This document shows positions 18,105 to 28,069 of a stretch of 64,000 nt of DNA, in pieces; within the stretch, counting starts at the first letter, position 1, and each line of letters starts with the position of its first letter. The stretch spans positions 124,001 through 188,000 of IMG/VR virus record IMGVR_UViG_3300032296_003307; one strand, 5' to 3'. A program made the position numbers and the translations under genes. A model generated the notes under the pieces. It ran no database searches. It was not told the DNA's origin and saw only the letters and a program-made list of their open reading frames with translations.

Positions 18105-18491
18105 ATGAAAAAGGTTGTTATTCTCACAGAATCCGAATTGGTAAATTTAATTGAAAAAATTATTGAAGATAAAAACACTTCCGTAATTGAGGAAGGTTGG
18201 TTTGGTGACATGATTGAGGATATACAATATAATCTTAAATTTTATCTTGGAATTGGTCTTTTATTGTCCTATGGTGTTTTTTCGGGAATTAAGATTTATG
18301 AAAAATCACAGGAACTATCAGGTGAGGAATATTATATGAAGATTTTAAAACCCGCACTTAAACTTCAGGGAAAGAAAAAACTATCTGAATTATCTGATGA
18401 GGTTGGGGAAAAAGATATTTTAATGTATATTCAGCAAAACCCCGATGAGTTTGCCATTGGTGAGAATGGGGAGATTTTCTACAAGGACTAA
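18105..18491 (+). CDS. Leader-bearing protein with one hydrophobic segment
   Basis: MKKVVILTESELVNLIEKIIED; FYLGIGLLLSYGVFSGI. Confidence 0.8.
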   Translation: MKKVVILTESELVNLIEKIIEDKNTSVIEEGWFGDMIEDIQYNLKFYLGIGLLLSYGVFSGIKIYEKSQELSGEEYYMKILKPALKLQGKKKLSELSDEVGEKDILMYIQQNPDEFAIGENGEIFYKD

Positions 18492-18569
18492 TCTTTTTGT
18501 TTCTGATGCCGGAAACGGTTCCCGAATCCCCCGACCCCCTTTTTTTATTTTGGTTGATATTTATAATTT

Positions 18570-18833
18570 ATGAAAAGTATAAGTAAAATAAGACATATCC
18601 AAGAATCAAATTTTAAATTGGAAAAAAGAATTTTATCTGAAGAAGACGAAACCCAATCTATGATGGATGTTTCCTCTGATTCAGATTGGTATCAAAAAAG
18701 AAAACAAGATGTGTCAATCGCTCAAAACGACCTATCAACAATTTTATCCATTGCTTACAGATGGTGCAAAGGTAAGGAAAATTTGCCTGACTGTCAGAAT
18801 GTTAATTCATTGTATATGAAACATTATCTATAA
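18570..18833 (+). CDS. Leader-bearing hypothetical protein
   Basis: MKSISKIRHIQESNFKLEKRILSEE. Confidence 0.75.
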   Translation: MKSISKIRHIQESNFKLEKRILSEEDETQSMMDVSSDSDWYQKRKQDVSIAQNDLSTILSIAYRWCKGKENLPDCQNVNSLYMKHYL

Positions 18834-18849
18834 TAAATTTTTATATCGT

Positions 18850-19374
18850 ATGAAAAAGATTGTAAGATTAAATGAATCCGATTTGATTCGTATTGTTAAA
18901 AGGGTTCTTAAAGAAAATTTGGAATCAAGACCAAATATGATTAGAGTTAGATTAACCCCCGAATTGGAAGAAACAATGATGGAAAGAAATAAGATGGGGG
19001 GAATAGATTTTAATACTGAAATGGATTTAATTTCTGGTATGTGGTACAAAATCGGTCAGGGTCGAGGTAATTTTCACTCTCAAAATTATGAACCCCAATC
19101 GTTTTTCTTTTCAAAATATAAACCAAATCAAAATGAAATTTATACCATGGAAGTTAGATGTCAAGGTAGAGTTCATACCGACATGGCTAAACAGTTAACT
19201 CTTATGTTTGATGAAAGGTTTAATAATTTTCTTAGTAGTGAAAATCCGTACGATAGGTGCTATGATGCGGGTGGATTTTACTCAAAGTTTGAAACTAGAG
19301 ATGGAAAACCAAATTTTGATGTTGGTGAACAAGACCATAGAGGCTATTTTGAAATAACCAAAACTAGCGATTAA
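18850..19374 (+). CDS. Leader-bearing hypothetical protein
   Basis: MKKIVRLNESDLIRIVKRVLKE. Confidence 0.8.
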   Translation: MKKIVRLNESDLIRIVKRVLKENLESRPNMIRVRLTPELEETMMERNKMGGIDFNTEMDLISGMWYKIGQGRGNFHSQNYEPQSFFFSKYKPNQNEIYTMEVRCQGRVHTDMAKQLTLMFDERFNNFLSSENPYDRCYDAGGFYSKFETRDGKPNFDVGEQDHRGYFEITKTSD

Positions 19375-19390
19375 TTGATATTTATATTAT

Positions 19391-19729
19391 ATGAAAAAGA
19401 TTGTTAAACTTAAAGAAGCTGACTTATATAACATTGTTCGTAAAACAATAAACGAAATGGATGGTAATAAGGGTGACTCAATGGATGATTTTTTTAAACA
19501 ATTGAATGATGTTTTGGAGATATACCAAAAAATTGATGATTTGAAAGTAAATCATCTCGATGGTTCTGATTCCGCTGAAAATTATTTAAAATTAAACATA
19601 ATGTATTCCGATATTTTATATAAACTACAAGAAAAAATTTTTCCTAATCGTTTAAAAGTTTTTAATGAGTTGGGTGATAAAGTTAATTATTACGGCAACT
19701 TGTACAATAAGAAAAAAGACGAAATGTAA
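19391..19729 (+). CDS. Leader-bearing hypothetical protein
   Basis: MKKIVKLKEADLYNIVRKTINE. Confidence 0.8.
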   Translation: MKKIVKLKEADLYNIVRKTINEMDGNKGDSMDDFFKQLNDVLEIYQKIDDLKVNHLDGSDSAENYLKLNIMYSDILYKLQEKIFPNRLKVFNELGDKVNYYGNLYNKKKDEM

Positions 19730-19739
19730 TACACTTGAT

Positions 19740-19768
19740 AACCCCCTTCTTTAAGTTGGGGGTTTTTT
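19740..19768 (+). terminator. Intrinsic terminator (near-identical to 22517)
   Basis: AACCCCC-ttctttaagtt-GGGGGTT followed by a T tract. Confidence 0.75.
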
Positions 19769-19789
19769 ATTTCCGCATATTTATTCTAT

Positions 19790-20143
19790 ATGAAAATTAT
19801 TATTGCTGAGAGTCAATTAAAAAAATTTATTGAAGATAAATTGGGTCTTGACCTTGGTGATAAAATTCACATGATAACAAGTAAGTATGACTTGCCAAGA
19901 GAATTTCATTATGCCTTTGCTGGAGATGCCAGATTTTTTAATCAATCTCTAAATTACTTTGGACCAATGTATATGATTGAAACTCCTGACGGAAAATTTT
20001 TATATCACAATAGAAACGGAAAAATAAGAATTTATGATGAAAACGATACTCAAAATTTATCACCAAGAGATGTTTTTCGGTCACTTGGGATTAGTCCGTA
20101 TTGGGGTTTTGATATTGATGATTTGATTAACATTTATTTTTGA
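19790..20143 (+). CDS. Leader-bearing hypothetical protein
   Basis: MKIIIAESQLKKFIED. Confidence 0.8.
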   Translation: MKIIIAESQLKKFIEDKLGLDLGDKIHMITSKYDLPREFHYAFAGDARFFNQSLNYFGPMYMIETPDGKFLYHNRNGKIRIYDENDTQNLSPRDVFRSLGISPYWGFDIDDLINIYF

Positions 20144-20203
20144 CACCGGAAACCGTTTTAAATTCCCCCAACCCCCTTTTTTATTTGATTATATTTATTG
20201 ATA

Positions 20204-20563
20204 ATGTACTTAAGGGGTCTAATTAAAAAAGTTATTAACGAGGAACTAAAAATACCTACCGATTTTGGACCTGTTTATTGGAAGGTACCAAAACATATTC
20301 GGGATGATATTGGTGTAAGACTTGCCAAAGAAGAAGATGTCTTATATTTGCAGGAAATTCATTTTGATACATCTGTGGTTTTATTGATGCCTTATGCCAA
20401 AGATGAAACCGGTGAAGAATATGCTTATTCGGATTTGAATCCGCATTGGCATTTGTATCCAACAGAGTATCGTATTCCATTTAAAAAAATCCCACCAAGT
20501 TTGATGAATTTTATTAGACGTAGACTACCATCCGAATATTTTGAATATATGAACTTTTCTTGA
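20204..20563 (+). CDS. Leader-bearing hypothetical protein
   Basis: MYLRGLIKKVINEE. Confidence 0.75.
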   Translation: MYLRGLIKKVINEELKIPTDFGPVYWKVPKHIRDDIGVRLAKEEDVLYLQEIHFDTSVVLLMPYAKDETGEEYAYSDLNPHWHLYPTEYRIPFKKIPPSLMNFIRRRLPSEYFEYMNFS

Positions 20564-20577
20564 GATATTTATTATGT

Positions 20578-21006
20578 ATGAAAAAGATTGTTAAATTAAC
20601 CGAATCTGATTTGCTTAGAATTGTTAAACGAGTTATAAAAGAAGAATATGGAAAATCGTATTCAATTGAATCCTTATACGACGTTATAAAAGATGAATTA
20701 ATAAATGACCAAGCCGTACAAGATTGGATTAAATTCACGGAGTCTATGGGAGCCTTGAATGATTTTATGGTCGATGATGATGGTGTTGGAATTGCTGACC
20801 GTGCTGAATTGGAAGGAGATACTTTGGGTGTTACAGGAAACGTTAGCATTTTGTCCGCAACCATTCTACCCATCTTGGTTAGATTGGGAATCACAAACAA
20901 ATCAAAATTAAAATCAAACCCTGAGGAAATGGATATGGTAAATCATATTGCCAAATTATTATATTCGGACATAAAACCTGACTATAATCCTCATGGTGAT
21001 TTATAA
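20578..21006 (+). CDS. Leader-bearing hypothetical protein
   Basis: MKKIVKLTESDLLRIVKRVIKEE. Confidence 0.8.
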   Translation: MKKIVKLTESDLLRIVKRVIKEEYGKSYSIESLYDVIKDELINDQAVQDWIKFTESMGALNDFMVDDDGVGIADRAELEGDTLGVTGNVSILSATILPILVRLGITNKSKLKSNPEEMDMVNHIAKLLYSDIKPDYNPHGDL

Positions 21007-21028
21007 TTTAAAGTAATATTTATATCAT

Positions 21029-21400
21029 ATGAAAAAGGTTGTTAGATTAACTGAATCAGATTTAATTAGATTGGTTAAAAAAATTATAAAAGAAGAGGAG
21101 GGTGAATCATCAGTTGAATCGATTAAAGATGAAATTGACGGAAAATTTAATACTCACCGTCGTATATTTCTTATGGATTTACAAAATGGTAAAGTAAAAT
21201 CTGATGAAGGTTTAAAAAATTACCATAATAAATTTGATGATAGCATGGCAAATTTTTTCCAAAATTTAAGGAATGAGGGAATATTAACACCTGATAGTAA
21301 TGAATTCCAAGAAGTTTTCCAACATTTTTTTTCAAAAAGCAATCAATTTTATGATTTAATTCAAGATGCTCATAAAAAACATAAAATGCGTAATAATTAA
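21029..21400 (+). CDS. Leader-bearing hypothetical protein
   Basis: MKKVVRLTESDLIRLVKKIIKEE. Confidence 0.8.
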   Translation: MKKVVRLTESDLIRLVKKIIKEEEGESSVESIKDEIDGKFNTHRRIFLMDLQNGKVKSDEGLKNYHNKFDDSMANFFQNLRNEGILTPDSNEFQEVFQHFFSKSNQFYDLIQDAHKKHKMRNN

Positions 21401-21411
21401 TTTTTAAAAAA

Positions 21412-21750
21412 ATGAAAAAGGTAGTTAGATTAACAGAAAGCCAATTAGTAAAATTTGTTAAAAGAGTTTTGGCAGAACAAGGTATGGAACCTGAATTGGA
21501 AAATAAACCCAAAAATAGACCTATTAATTTTGATAAAATCAAAAACAAGTTTGATAAATTCTTGGACGACTTGAGTTCACAAGGTAATGTGGATAAAGGT
21601 AGATTTTTAAAAGATGTTGATAAAGAAATAAGAGCATATTATCATAGCCGTTTAAACGATGATAATTCAAACGTAGGTAATTTTGCGGAAAAACATGCTG
21701 AAGTAATCCAACACTTCAGAGACAGGTTCAACAGCGAAAAAATAAGTTGA
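21412..21750 (+). CDS. Leader-bearing hypothetical protein
   Basis: MKKVVRLTESQLVKFVKRVLAEQ. Confidence 0.8.
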   Translation: MKKVVRLTESQLVKFVKRVLAEQGMEPELENKPKNRPINFDKIKNKFDKFLDDLSSQGNVDKGRFLKDVDKEIRAYYHSRLNDDNSNVGNFAEKHAEVIQHFRDRFNSEKIS

Positions 21751-21762
21751 TATTTATATACT

Positions 21763-22494
21763 ATGAAAAAAATTATCAAATTAACCGAATCAGATTTATT
21801 TAAAATTGTTAAAAAAGTTATTTTAGAATCTACCGATACAATTGGCGGTGAATTAACTTATATAAAGGATATTGAAAACGGGATAAAGGTTTATGGTAAA
21901 AACTATGGTGACTATACAATTTATGTTATGGTCTTCAAAGTTAAAGATAAAGATGGTACTCCACGTATGATAGCTAAAGTACAGGGAACACCTACTGATG
22001 GAAAAGAAAATTATTTTCCTACTGTTGGTTCACCTGAAGATAAAAAAGGTGGTTTTATTTATATTAATGACTTGAATGACCCAATATTAACACAAAAATA
22101 TATTCCGATGGTTCATAATAAGTTTGGTAATCCTCAAACACCAACACCACCAACGCAAGATTCAATTGCCGGAGAATTAAAATTTAAAGAAGAAAAAAAC
22201 GGAATTAAACTTTACTCAAACAAATATAGAGATTATGCAATTAAAGTTCTTGTTAGAAATGTAACAAAAAAAGATGGAACACTAATAACCATAGCCAAGG
22301 TTATGTCAATAATAAACAGACCAATGGTGTCTAATGCCGAAGAGTATAACCCGACTGAAGGGTCATCAGACGATATAGGAAATGGTTATATTGTAATAAA
22401 CGATTTAAATGACCCAAAATTAATGAAATATATTTCAATGGTTCGCAAACAAGTGGAACTTTATAGAAAATGGGATGATTTACCAAAACTATAA
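21763..22494 (+). CDS. Leader-bearing protein with internally duplicated ~100-aa domain
   Basis: MKKIIKLTESDLFKIVKKVILES; two copies of GEL...NGIK.Y...Y.DY.I.V...KKDGT...IAKV...INDLNDP.L. Confidence 0.8.
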   Translation: MKKIIKLTESDLFKIVKKVILESTDTIGGELTYIKDIENGIKVYGKNYGDYTIYVMVFKVKDKDGTPRMIAKVQGTPTDGKENYFPTVGSPEDKKGGFIYINDLNDPILTQKYIPMVHNKFGNPQTPTPPTQDSIAGELKFKEEKNGIKLYSNKYRDYAIKVLVRNVTKKDGTLITIAKVMSIINRPMVSNAEEYNPTEGSSDDIGNGYIVINDLNDPKLMKYISMVRKQVELYRKWDDLPKL

Positions 22495-22516
22495 TCAAAA
22501 ACCAATGTTAGTTTAT

Positions 22517-22545
22517 AACCCCCTACTTTAAGTTGGGGGTTTTTT
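22517..22545 (+). terminator. Intrinsic terminator
   Basis: AACCCCC-tactttaagtt-GGGGGT followed by a T tract. Confidence 0.75.
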
Positions 22546-22568
22546 ATTTTTATGGGTATTTATTTTAT

Positions 22569-23171
22569 ATGAGAAAGTTTGTAATTACCGAAACAGAAAA
22601 AAAACATATAAGAAGTTTATATGAAGAACCCACCAGATTTACACTTCCTTTTGCGGGTTATCGAATCTATAATAATCAAGGTGTTGATGTTTTTGAAGTC
22701 ACAAATATGAAAGATGCCTGTTATTATGGTAAAGAAATGAAATCATTTGAAATGAGTAACACTTTTTGCGATAAATCAAAATACGATTCATATGTTAAGG
22801 AAGGTGAACGTCTTTTTTTTATTATCGAAGATAATTATGGAAGTCTTCTTAAATCAGAACATAGACCTGTTATTTCAGTTAAATTACCTAATATAATTGA
22901 TGATAATTATGGATACACTAACCCACTTAAAGATTCTCATGTAATGATAGGCGCTTCAAGAGATAAAAGTTTTAGTAGTATTGAGGGTGATATGACTGAT
23001 TTATTTTTAGAATACCCTGAAGTAAAAGGTTTTTTTGATAAAATAAATAAAGACAAATATGATGTTGATACCGCATATCCGGAAAATTACAAAGAACCTA
23101 AAAAAGAAATCCCTGATGATGATGTAGATATGAGTAGTCTAATGAAAGATTTGGGTATTGATGATATGTAA
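22569..23171 (+). CDS. Leader-bearing hypothetical protein
   Basis: MRKFVITETEKKHIRSLYEE. Confidence 0.8.
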   Translation: MRKFVITETEKKHIRSLYEEPTRFTLPFAGYRIYNNQGVDVFEVTNMKDACYYGKEMKSFEMSNTFCDKSKYDSYVKEGERLFFIIEDNYGSLLKSEHRPVISVKLPNIIDDNYGYTNPLKDSHVMIGASRDKSFSSIEGDMTDLFLEYPEVKGFFDKINKDKYDVDTAYPENYKEPKKEIPDDDVDMSSLMKDLGIDDM

Positions 23172-23196
23172 TAATTTTTAGTTATATTTGTAGAAC

Positions 23197-23502
23197 GTGA
23201 AAATTATGCCAACCGAATCAAAATATAACGAATATAAAATAATTAGGAGATACGATTCCTTTTTTGATTATTTAAAAGAATTTTTAGAAGGTAAGGAAAA
23301 TAACATCAAGGGAGGTTTTTATACCAGTGTAGGTCATTTTATAAATCACACAGTAAAATATATGACCATGGATTTAATTGATTTTGCGATAGAAAATAAA
23401 ATAGATTCATTATTTTTCATGGAAACCTTGGAAAAAATGTTTGGCAATTACTTGAAAAGTTATTGGGAAAAGAACGGAAAGTTAAATACTAATATTTATT
23501 GA
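23197..23502 (+). CDS. Small helical protein (IRR family), degenerate leader
   Basis: GTG start, KIMPTESKY...IIRR; TATATTTG box upstream. Confidence 0.65.
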   Translation: MKIMPTESKYNEYKIIRRYDSFFDYLKEFLEGKENNIKGGFYTSVGHFINHTVKYMTMDLIDFAIENKIDSLFFMETLEKMFGNYLKSYWEKNGKLNTNIY

Positions 23503-23511
23503 TTATATTTT

Positions 23512-23895
23512 ATGAAATATAATATCACAAAAGAACAGTTTAATAATTTATTCCCGAAATATCTTAAGTTTCGTAATATTAATTATAAACTTTTTGGAGG
23601 TGGTAACTTTATAAACGAATATACTAAGAAGGCGCATTTCTTTCCACACATTTGGTTTACACAACACAATGAAAAATCTTGGAATAATAATGTTACTTTT
23701 CAGTTTATAGGGGACAAAGATAATTTAGAATTTGTCGACCACGATAAAAAACTACACAATATTATGGATTTTTATATGTTCCCCCCTGAAATGGTAACTG
23801 AATATTTTGTTCCAATAGTAAAGGAATATCTAAAAAATGCTATAGAGAAAGGACATGTTGTTCCAGGTGAAAAGGCTAAAATTATAAGTAAATAA
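23512..23895 (+). CDS. Leader-bearing hypothetical protein
   Basis: MKYNITKEQFNNL. Confidence 0.7.
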   Translation: MKYNITKEQFNNLFPKYLKFRNINYKLFGGGNFINEYTKKAHFFPHIWFTQHNEKSWNNNVTFQFIGDKDNLEFVDHDKKLHNIMDFYMFPPEMVTEYFVPIVKEYLKNAIEKGHVVPGEKAKIISK

Positions 23896-23897
23896 TT

Positions 23898-24761
23898 ATG
23901 AAACGATTTGTAATAACTGAAGATGAAAAAAAGTCAATAAAAGGTCTTTATGGGTTAATGGAACAGTCAAATGTTGTTGTCTCAATAAAAGGAGAGCAAC
24001 CATACCCAAATAATACAGATTGGGACCTTGTTCACGGAATCTTAGGTTCTAAGAGAATTGACGATGATTTAGAAAAAAGAGTTGGTGATAAATTGAAAGA
24101 GGGTAATTATAGAGTTGTTGGTGTAAATATCAACTCATATGTACAGGGAAACAAAGTTGTTACTGACGGTAAAGTGACTTTAGTTCCTGACGAAACAAAT
24201 CCCGATGTTGCCTTTACCACTAGAGGGTCTATTGGTGATGGATTTGACACTAGACATGACGGTCAAGTAAATGGACTTGGCGACAGATTATCGCAATATT
24301 ATGGAGGACAAGCGAGACAATTTGGTCCTTTCACCATTGATATTAAGGGTGTCAAATACAAACAATCCTTTTTTGCCATTTCTAAAAATAGAGGAACCCA
24401 ACAATCAAACCAAACCACAACAAATAAACTAATTCCCATCACCATATTCACCGCATCTAATTTGGATGAATTGTACTCAAGTTTTAAAGAAAAAGTTTCA
24501 AGGTATATTCAATCTTATCCTGGAAAATACAACGCTAAAGATATACGAATAAATGTTAGTGACGGTTCATTAAGTGCCACAGTGTATTTATTTGCGGACC
24601 CAAACGGGTTCCAAGGGTTTTCGTTATTGTTTAACCCTAAAGGTCAACAACAACTTTCAAAAAACAATGCTTTGGCTAAAAACCCAACCGCTAAAGTTAT
24701 CAAATCCGGAGAAGTATCCTTCAACAACAAAGTTTACGAATATCACTTAGTAGGATTCTAA
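23898..24761 (+). CDS. Leader-bearing two-domain hypothetical protein
   Basis: MKRFVITEDEKKSIKGLYGLMEQ. Confidence 0.8.
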   Translation: MKRFVITEDEKKSIKGLYGLMEQSNVVVSIKGEQPYPNNTDWDLVHGILGSKRIDDDLEKRVGDKLKEGNYRVVGVNINSYVQGNKVVTDGKVTLVPDETNPDVAFTTRGSIGDGFDTRHDGQVNGLGDRLSQYYGGQARQFGPFTIDIKGVKYKQSFFAISKNRGTQQSNQTTTNKLIPITIFTASNLDELYSSFKEKVSRYIQSYPGKYNAKDIRINVSDGSLSATVYLFADPNGFQGFSLLFNPKGQQQLSKNNALAKNPTAKVIKSGEVSFNNKVYEYHLVGF

Positions 24762-24782
24762 AAACAAATATATTTATTAATT

Positions 24783-25250
24783 ATGAAAAACATTAACGAC
24801 TATAAGAAAAGATTTTACAACCTTATGGAATCAACCATGGGCGATGTTAGACCTTTGATATTTGAAAATGAACCTATATCACCAATTAGACCAATGACTG
24901 CAGATGAACCAATTAGCGATGAAGCGTTGAATGGTTTTACAGATGTTGGACCAACAACATACAGAAATGGTACTTGGAAAACATACGTAAAAGAAGATTC
25001 CGACGGCGGTTTTTATATTGTCGTTATGATTGATGGTGATAACGCCAGAGTTGTAGTTGAGTATGGGTCTGACAATATAATTGTTGTTGAACCTTACGAA
25101 AGGTACGATGGCGAATTTGATATGGAAGTTGAAGATGATGGTATATTTAAAATTTCAGGAATGGAAGATGAAAACTTACTTAAGACAATTGAATTAGCTG
25201 AGCGTAAAGGTAGATGGTACCAAGCGTATCAGGAATACCAAAATTTGTAA
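24783..25250 (+). CDS. Leader-bearing acidic hypothetical protein
   Basis: MKNINDYKKRFYNLMESTMGDVRP, the same leader type as the GH108 at 29997. Confidence 0.8.
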   Translation: MKNINDYKKRFYNLMESTMGDVRPLIFENEPISPIRPMTADEPISDEALNGFTDVGPTTYRNGTWKTYVKEDSDGGFYIVVMIDGDNARVVVEYGSDNIIVVEPYERYDGEFDMEVEDDGIFKISGMEDENLLKTIELAERKGRWYQAYQEYQNL

Positions 25251-25272
25251 TCTATAAAAAGTTTTTCATAAT

Positions 25273-25303
25273 AAACCCCATCCCTTGAAAGGTGGGGTTT
25301 TTT
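25273..25303 (+). terminator. Intrinsic terminator
   Basis: AAACCCCA/TGGGGTTT followed by a T tract. Confidence 0.75.
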
Positions 25304-25319
25304 GTTTTATTATTCACAA

Positions 25320-25568
25320 ATGGAAAATGACACATATTCTGCGACCGTGCAAATACAATACGTAGACGGTAGAACACACGTAAATCTATTACAACCCAAC
25401 GGACAAAATCTTCCAACTGATTTGTTAGGTAAAATATTAGCCGGTGGTTTGGCACTGGCAATTCGTGGTTCTGAAAATGAAGCGGAATACATGAAAGAAA
25501 TTATTGACTATCTTCATTCTGAATTTATCAATCCTGATTCTTTTTCTGACATGGAAAAAAGAATTTAA
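25320..25568 (+). CDS. Hypothetical protein
   Basis: ATG 25320, MENDTYS... Confidence 0.7.
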   Translation: MENDTYSATVQIQYVDGRTHVNLLQPNGQNLPTDLLGKILAGGLALAIRGSENEAEYMKEIIDYLHSEFINPDSFSDMEKRI

Positions 25569-25586
25569 TTTTATATTTATTGGGAT

Positions 25587-25892
25587 ATGAAGTTGATACT
25601 ATCAGAATCCCAACTTGACATGATAATACCTAATCAAATAAAACGTAGGTATTCTGAGTTTGATGAAATTCTTCACGAAATGTTACACAATACGGACTAC
25701 GGTAGTCAGGCGGTTGATTTCTCAAAAAGCGGATATATTAATTATATTGTGGAGGAATTGTTGTATAACACATATCTTCCCGATGGTGATACACTTCTAG
25801 GTGATTTTGAAGATATTTATATACCAATAATAAAATTTTTATTTGGACCAAAAATTGGTATTTTTTGGAGAGAGATGAATAATAGAAAATAA
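25587..25892 (+). CDS. Leader-bearing small helical protein (IKRR family)
   Basis: MKLILSESQL...IKRR. Confidence 0.75.
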   Translation: MKLILSESQLDMIIPNQIKRRYSEFDEILHEMLHNTDYGSQAVDFSKSGYINYIVEELLYNTYLPDGDTLLGDFEDIYIPIIKFLFGPKIGIFWREMNNRK

Positions 25893-25894
25893 TA

Positions 25895-26257
25895 ATGAAA
25901 ATCATTGTCACGGAATCCCAACTAAAATTCTTGTTAGAAGATGAAAACAAGTATGAATCACTTGAAAAGATTGTGTACAAGTTTTTGAAATTGATAAAAC
26001 CAAAAGGTGTTGTTGGTGTTATTTTTCATAATGATGAAGGATACGATGTGCCTTTTGAGGTTTATTTAGTTTTTGACTCTGATTTTGAAATGGGTAATGG
26101 TTCTCAGTATATTAAAATGTTAAACATTAGAGATATGGTTCATGATAAATTAAAAAAAATGTTTGGTATAGATTCATACGTTGGTGGGTTTGTTAACCAC
26201 AAAAATATTGATAATGTTGTAAACAGTAAAGTTTTGTATTTTAATGAACAAACTTAA
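25895..26257 (+). CDS. Leader-bearing hypothetical protein
   Basis: MKIIVTESQLKFLLED. Confidence 0.75.
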   Translation: MKIIVTESQLKFLLEDENKYESLEKIVYKFLKLIKPKGVVGVIFHNDEGYDVPFEVYLVFDSDFEMGNGSQYIKMLNIRDMVHDKLKKMFGIDSYVGGFVNHKNIDNVVNSKVLYFNEQT

Positions 26258-26573
26258 AGAAATATCTTTGGCGTTGGAAAAAATTTACAACACAATGGGT
26301 AATAAGTACCTCACTAGTAACTTTATTACAGAACCATTTGAGTTTAAGGTTGACGTTGTAAGAACACCAGGAGATGACTCAATGTGGGATTATGTTATAA
26401 GGGTAAAATCAACACCAAAAATGCCTGAAAGTTTAGAATACAGGGAAAAAACACCGGCATCTGTAGATGGTGTTCACAAATCCGTAGTACAATACAATTT
26501 TAAAAAATACATTAATTATATTGACCCAACTTTTGGTTCCTTCAGGAAAACCGTAGGTCTTGTTTTTGTGTGA
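26244..26573 (+). CDS. Hypothetical protein (LEKI.N family)
   Basis: 109-aa ORF overlapping the upstream stop. Confidence 0.7.
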   Translation: MNKLKEISLALEKIYNTMGNKYLTSNFITEPFEFKVDVVRTPGDDSMWDYVIRVKSTPKMPESLEYREKTPASVDGVHKSVVQYNFKKYINYIDPTFGSFRKTVGLVFV

Positions 26574-26589
26574 ACGATATTTATTGTTT

Positions 26590-26853
26590 GTGAAGATTAT
26601 CATAACAGAAGAACAATCTCTTTATTTAAGACGTAGAGATTCAGAAATATACGACTTGGTTAAATATGCAATTGAGTATGTTGACGCAACTGAATATAAC
26701 TACCCTGACTATCTTGAAGAAATTGCGTGGCAAGTTTTCGGACGTATGGCAAGTGACGATAGAAGAGAACAAAACATTAAAGATATCCTTGAGTATGTTA
26801 GAGAAAATTATGGGGAAGATATTAAATCCCACCACACCTATGCCAATGGGTAA
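26590..26853 (+). CDS. Leader-bearing small helical protein (LRRR family)
   Basis: GTG start, KIIITEEQSLYLRRR; TATTTAT upstream. Confidence 0.75.
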   Translation: MKIIITEEQSLYLRRRDSEIYDLVKYAIEYVDATEYNYPDYLEEIAWQVFGRMASDDRREQNIKDILEYVRENYGEDIKSHHTYANG

Positions 26854-26860
26854 TCCTCAA

Positions 26861-27052
26861 TCAAGGAAGGTACAGGATAAAAATGGCAAATATTAATATA
26901 AGAGTTACTACTCCGCCAACCAAAAATCCAAGGTAATATAAAAAATTATCTACATCAAATGGATTAAATTTACTCCAACCGCCTGAGGCTTTGTATATTT
27001 TGTAAACACTCAGACCAAATAACAACTCAATTAAAATTAATAGTGTACACAT
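26861..27052 (-). CDS. Small two-TM membrane protein
   Basis: Two hydrophobic stretches. Confidence 0.6.
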   Translation of the reverse strand: MCTLLILIELLFGLSVYKIYKASGGWSKFNPFDVDNFLYYLGFLVGGVVTLILIFAIFILYLP

Positions 27053-27117
27053 ATCGTTTTTTATTTAATGATATTACATATTTTTTGAATTGTCACGTTA
27101 TTGGATATTTATAGTTT

Positions 27118-27705
27118 GTGTATCTTAAACATTTAATAAAAAAGATTATCAAAGAGGAAACCGATTTACCTCCATTTATTCGCAGAAGGTTAAAAACCAC
27201 TGACGAACAAATGTGGAATGAAGTAAAAGCGTTTGCTATGAAAGGGTTTAAACCTGGAAACATTGAGGATACCGTGAGTCGTGCAATGAGAAATACGGCA
27301 TATGAAATACTTGACCCTATAACATCAAGTTTGAGTGATAAAGAGTATTATGAATTAGAAAAAAAAATGATTAGATTCCTGAAGGATAAATATTCAGATA
27401 AACTTATTGAATTTATTAGCGATTTTATCACTCCTGAAGATGACCAATATGATGGGTACAGATACGTATTTGAAAAACACTCAAATTATAGTGGTGGTGG
27501 TGCGGGATTTACTCAAGGGTTTGCCATGTGGGGTGATTTACTCACGGCATATGCGTATTGGTTTCCTGATTTGGATTGGAAAAAAATAAAATCAGACTTA
27601 GACAAAAATCCGACAAATAAAAGAATTAGATTGAAAAACGTCGGTGATAATTATAACATATATAATTATTATTTTTCGGTTATTAAAGTACCGGGTAATT
27701 CATGA
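27118..27705 (+). CDS. Leader-bearing protein (IRRR module plus second domain)
   Basis: MYLKHLIKKIIKEE...FIRRR. Confidence 0.75.
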   Translation: MYLKHLIKKIIKEETDLPPFIRRRLKTTDEQMWNEVKAFAMKGFKPGNIEDTVSRAMRNTAYEILDPITSSLSDKEYYELEKKMIRFLKDKYSDKLIEFISDFITPEDDQYDGYRYVFEKHSNYSGGGAGFTQGFAMWGDLLTAYAYWFPDLDWKKIKSDLDKNPTNKRIRLKNVGDNYNIYNYYFSVIKVPGNS

Positions 27706-28067
27706 ATATTAGAGAACAAATATCAAGAAGTAAGTCGCTTATGGGTATAACCGAATCAAGAGCCCTGAATATTTTCAGACGTAGATTTGACATGTCAAGT
27801 GAAGAGGCAAACAATTATTTTAGGGAGATTGTAGATGAAGGGTATGAGTTTTTTTCTTCACCATGTGAACATGAATCAGGTATGGAATATACAAAACTTT
27901 TCCTTCAAAATTGTGCTTACACATTTGTTTTAAGAACAGTGTACCAACACGAATTTAGTGATATTATACATGAATTGGTTGATGTTGTTTATGAAATGTA
28001 CGCACCTGATTTTTTTGATGATGTATACCGACATTATTTATATGTTAGAAAGGAGGAAGGTTGTTAA
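27702..28067 (+). CDS. Leader-bearing small helical protein (FRRR..PC family)
   Basis: MNIREQISRSKSLMGITES...FRRR...PCE. Confidence 0.75.
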   Translation: MNIREQISRSKSLMGITESRALNIFRRRFDMSSEEANNYFREIVDEGYEFFSSPCEHESGMEYTKLFLQNCAYTFVLRTVYQHEFSDIIHELVDVVYEMYAPDFFDDVYRHYLYVRKEEGC

Positions 28068-28069
28068 TT

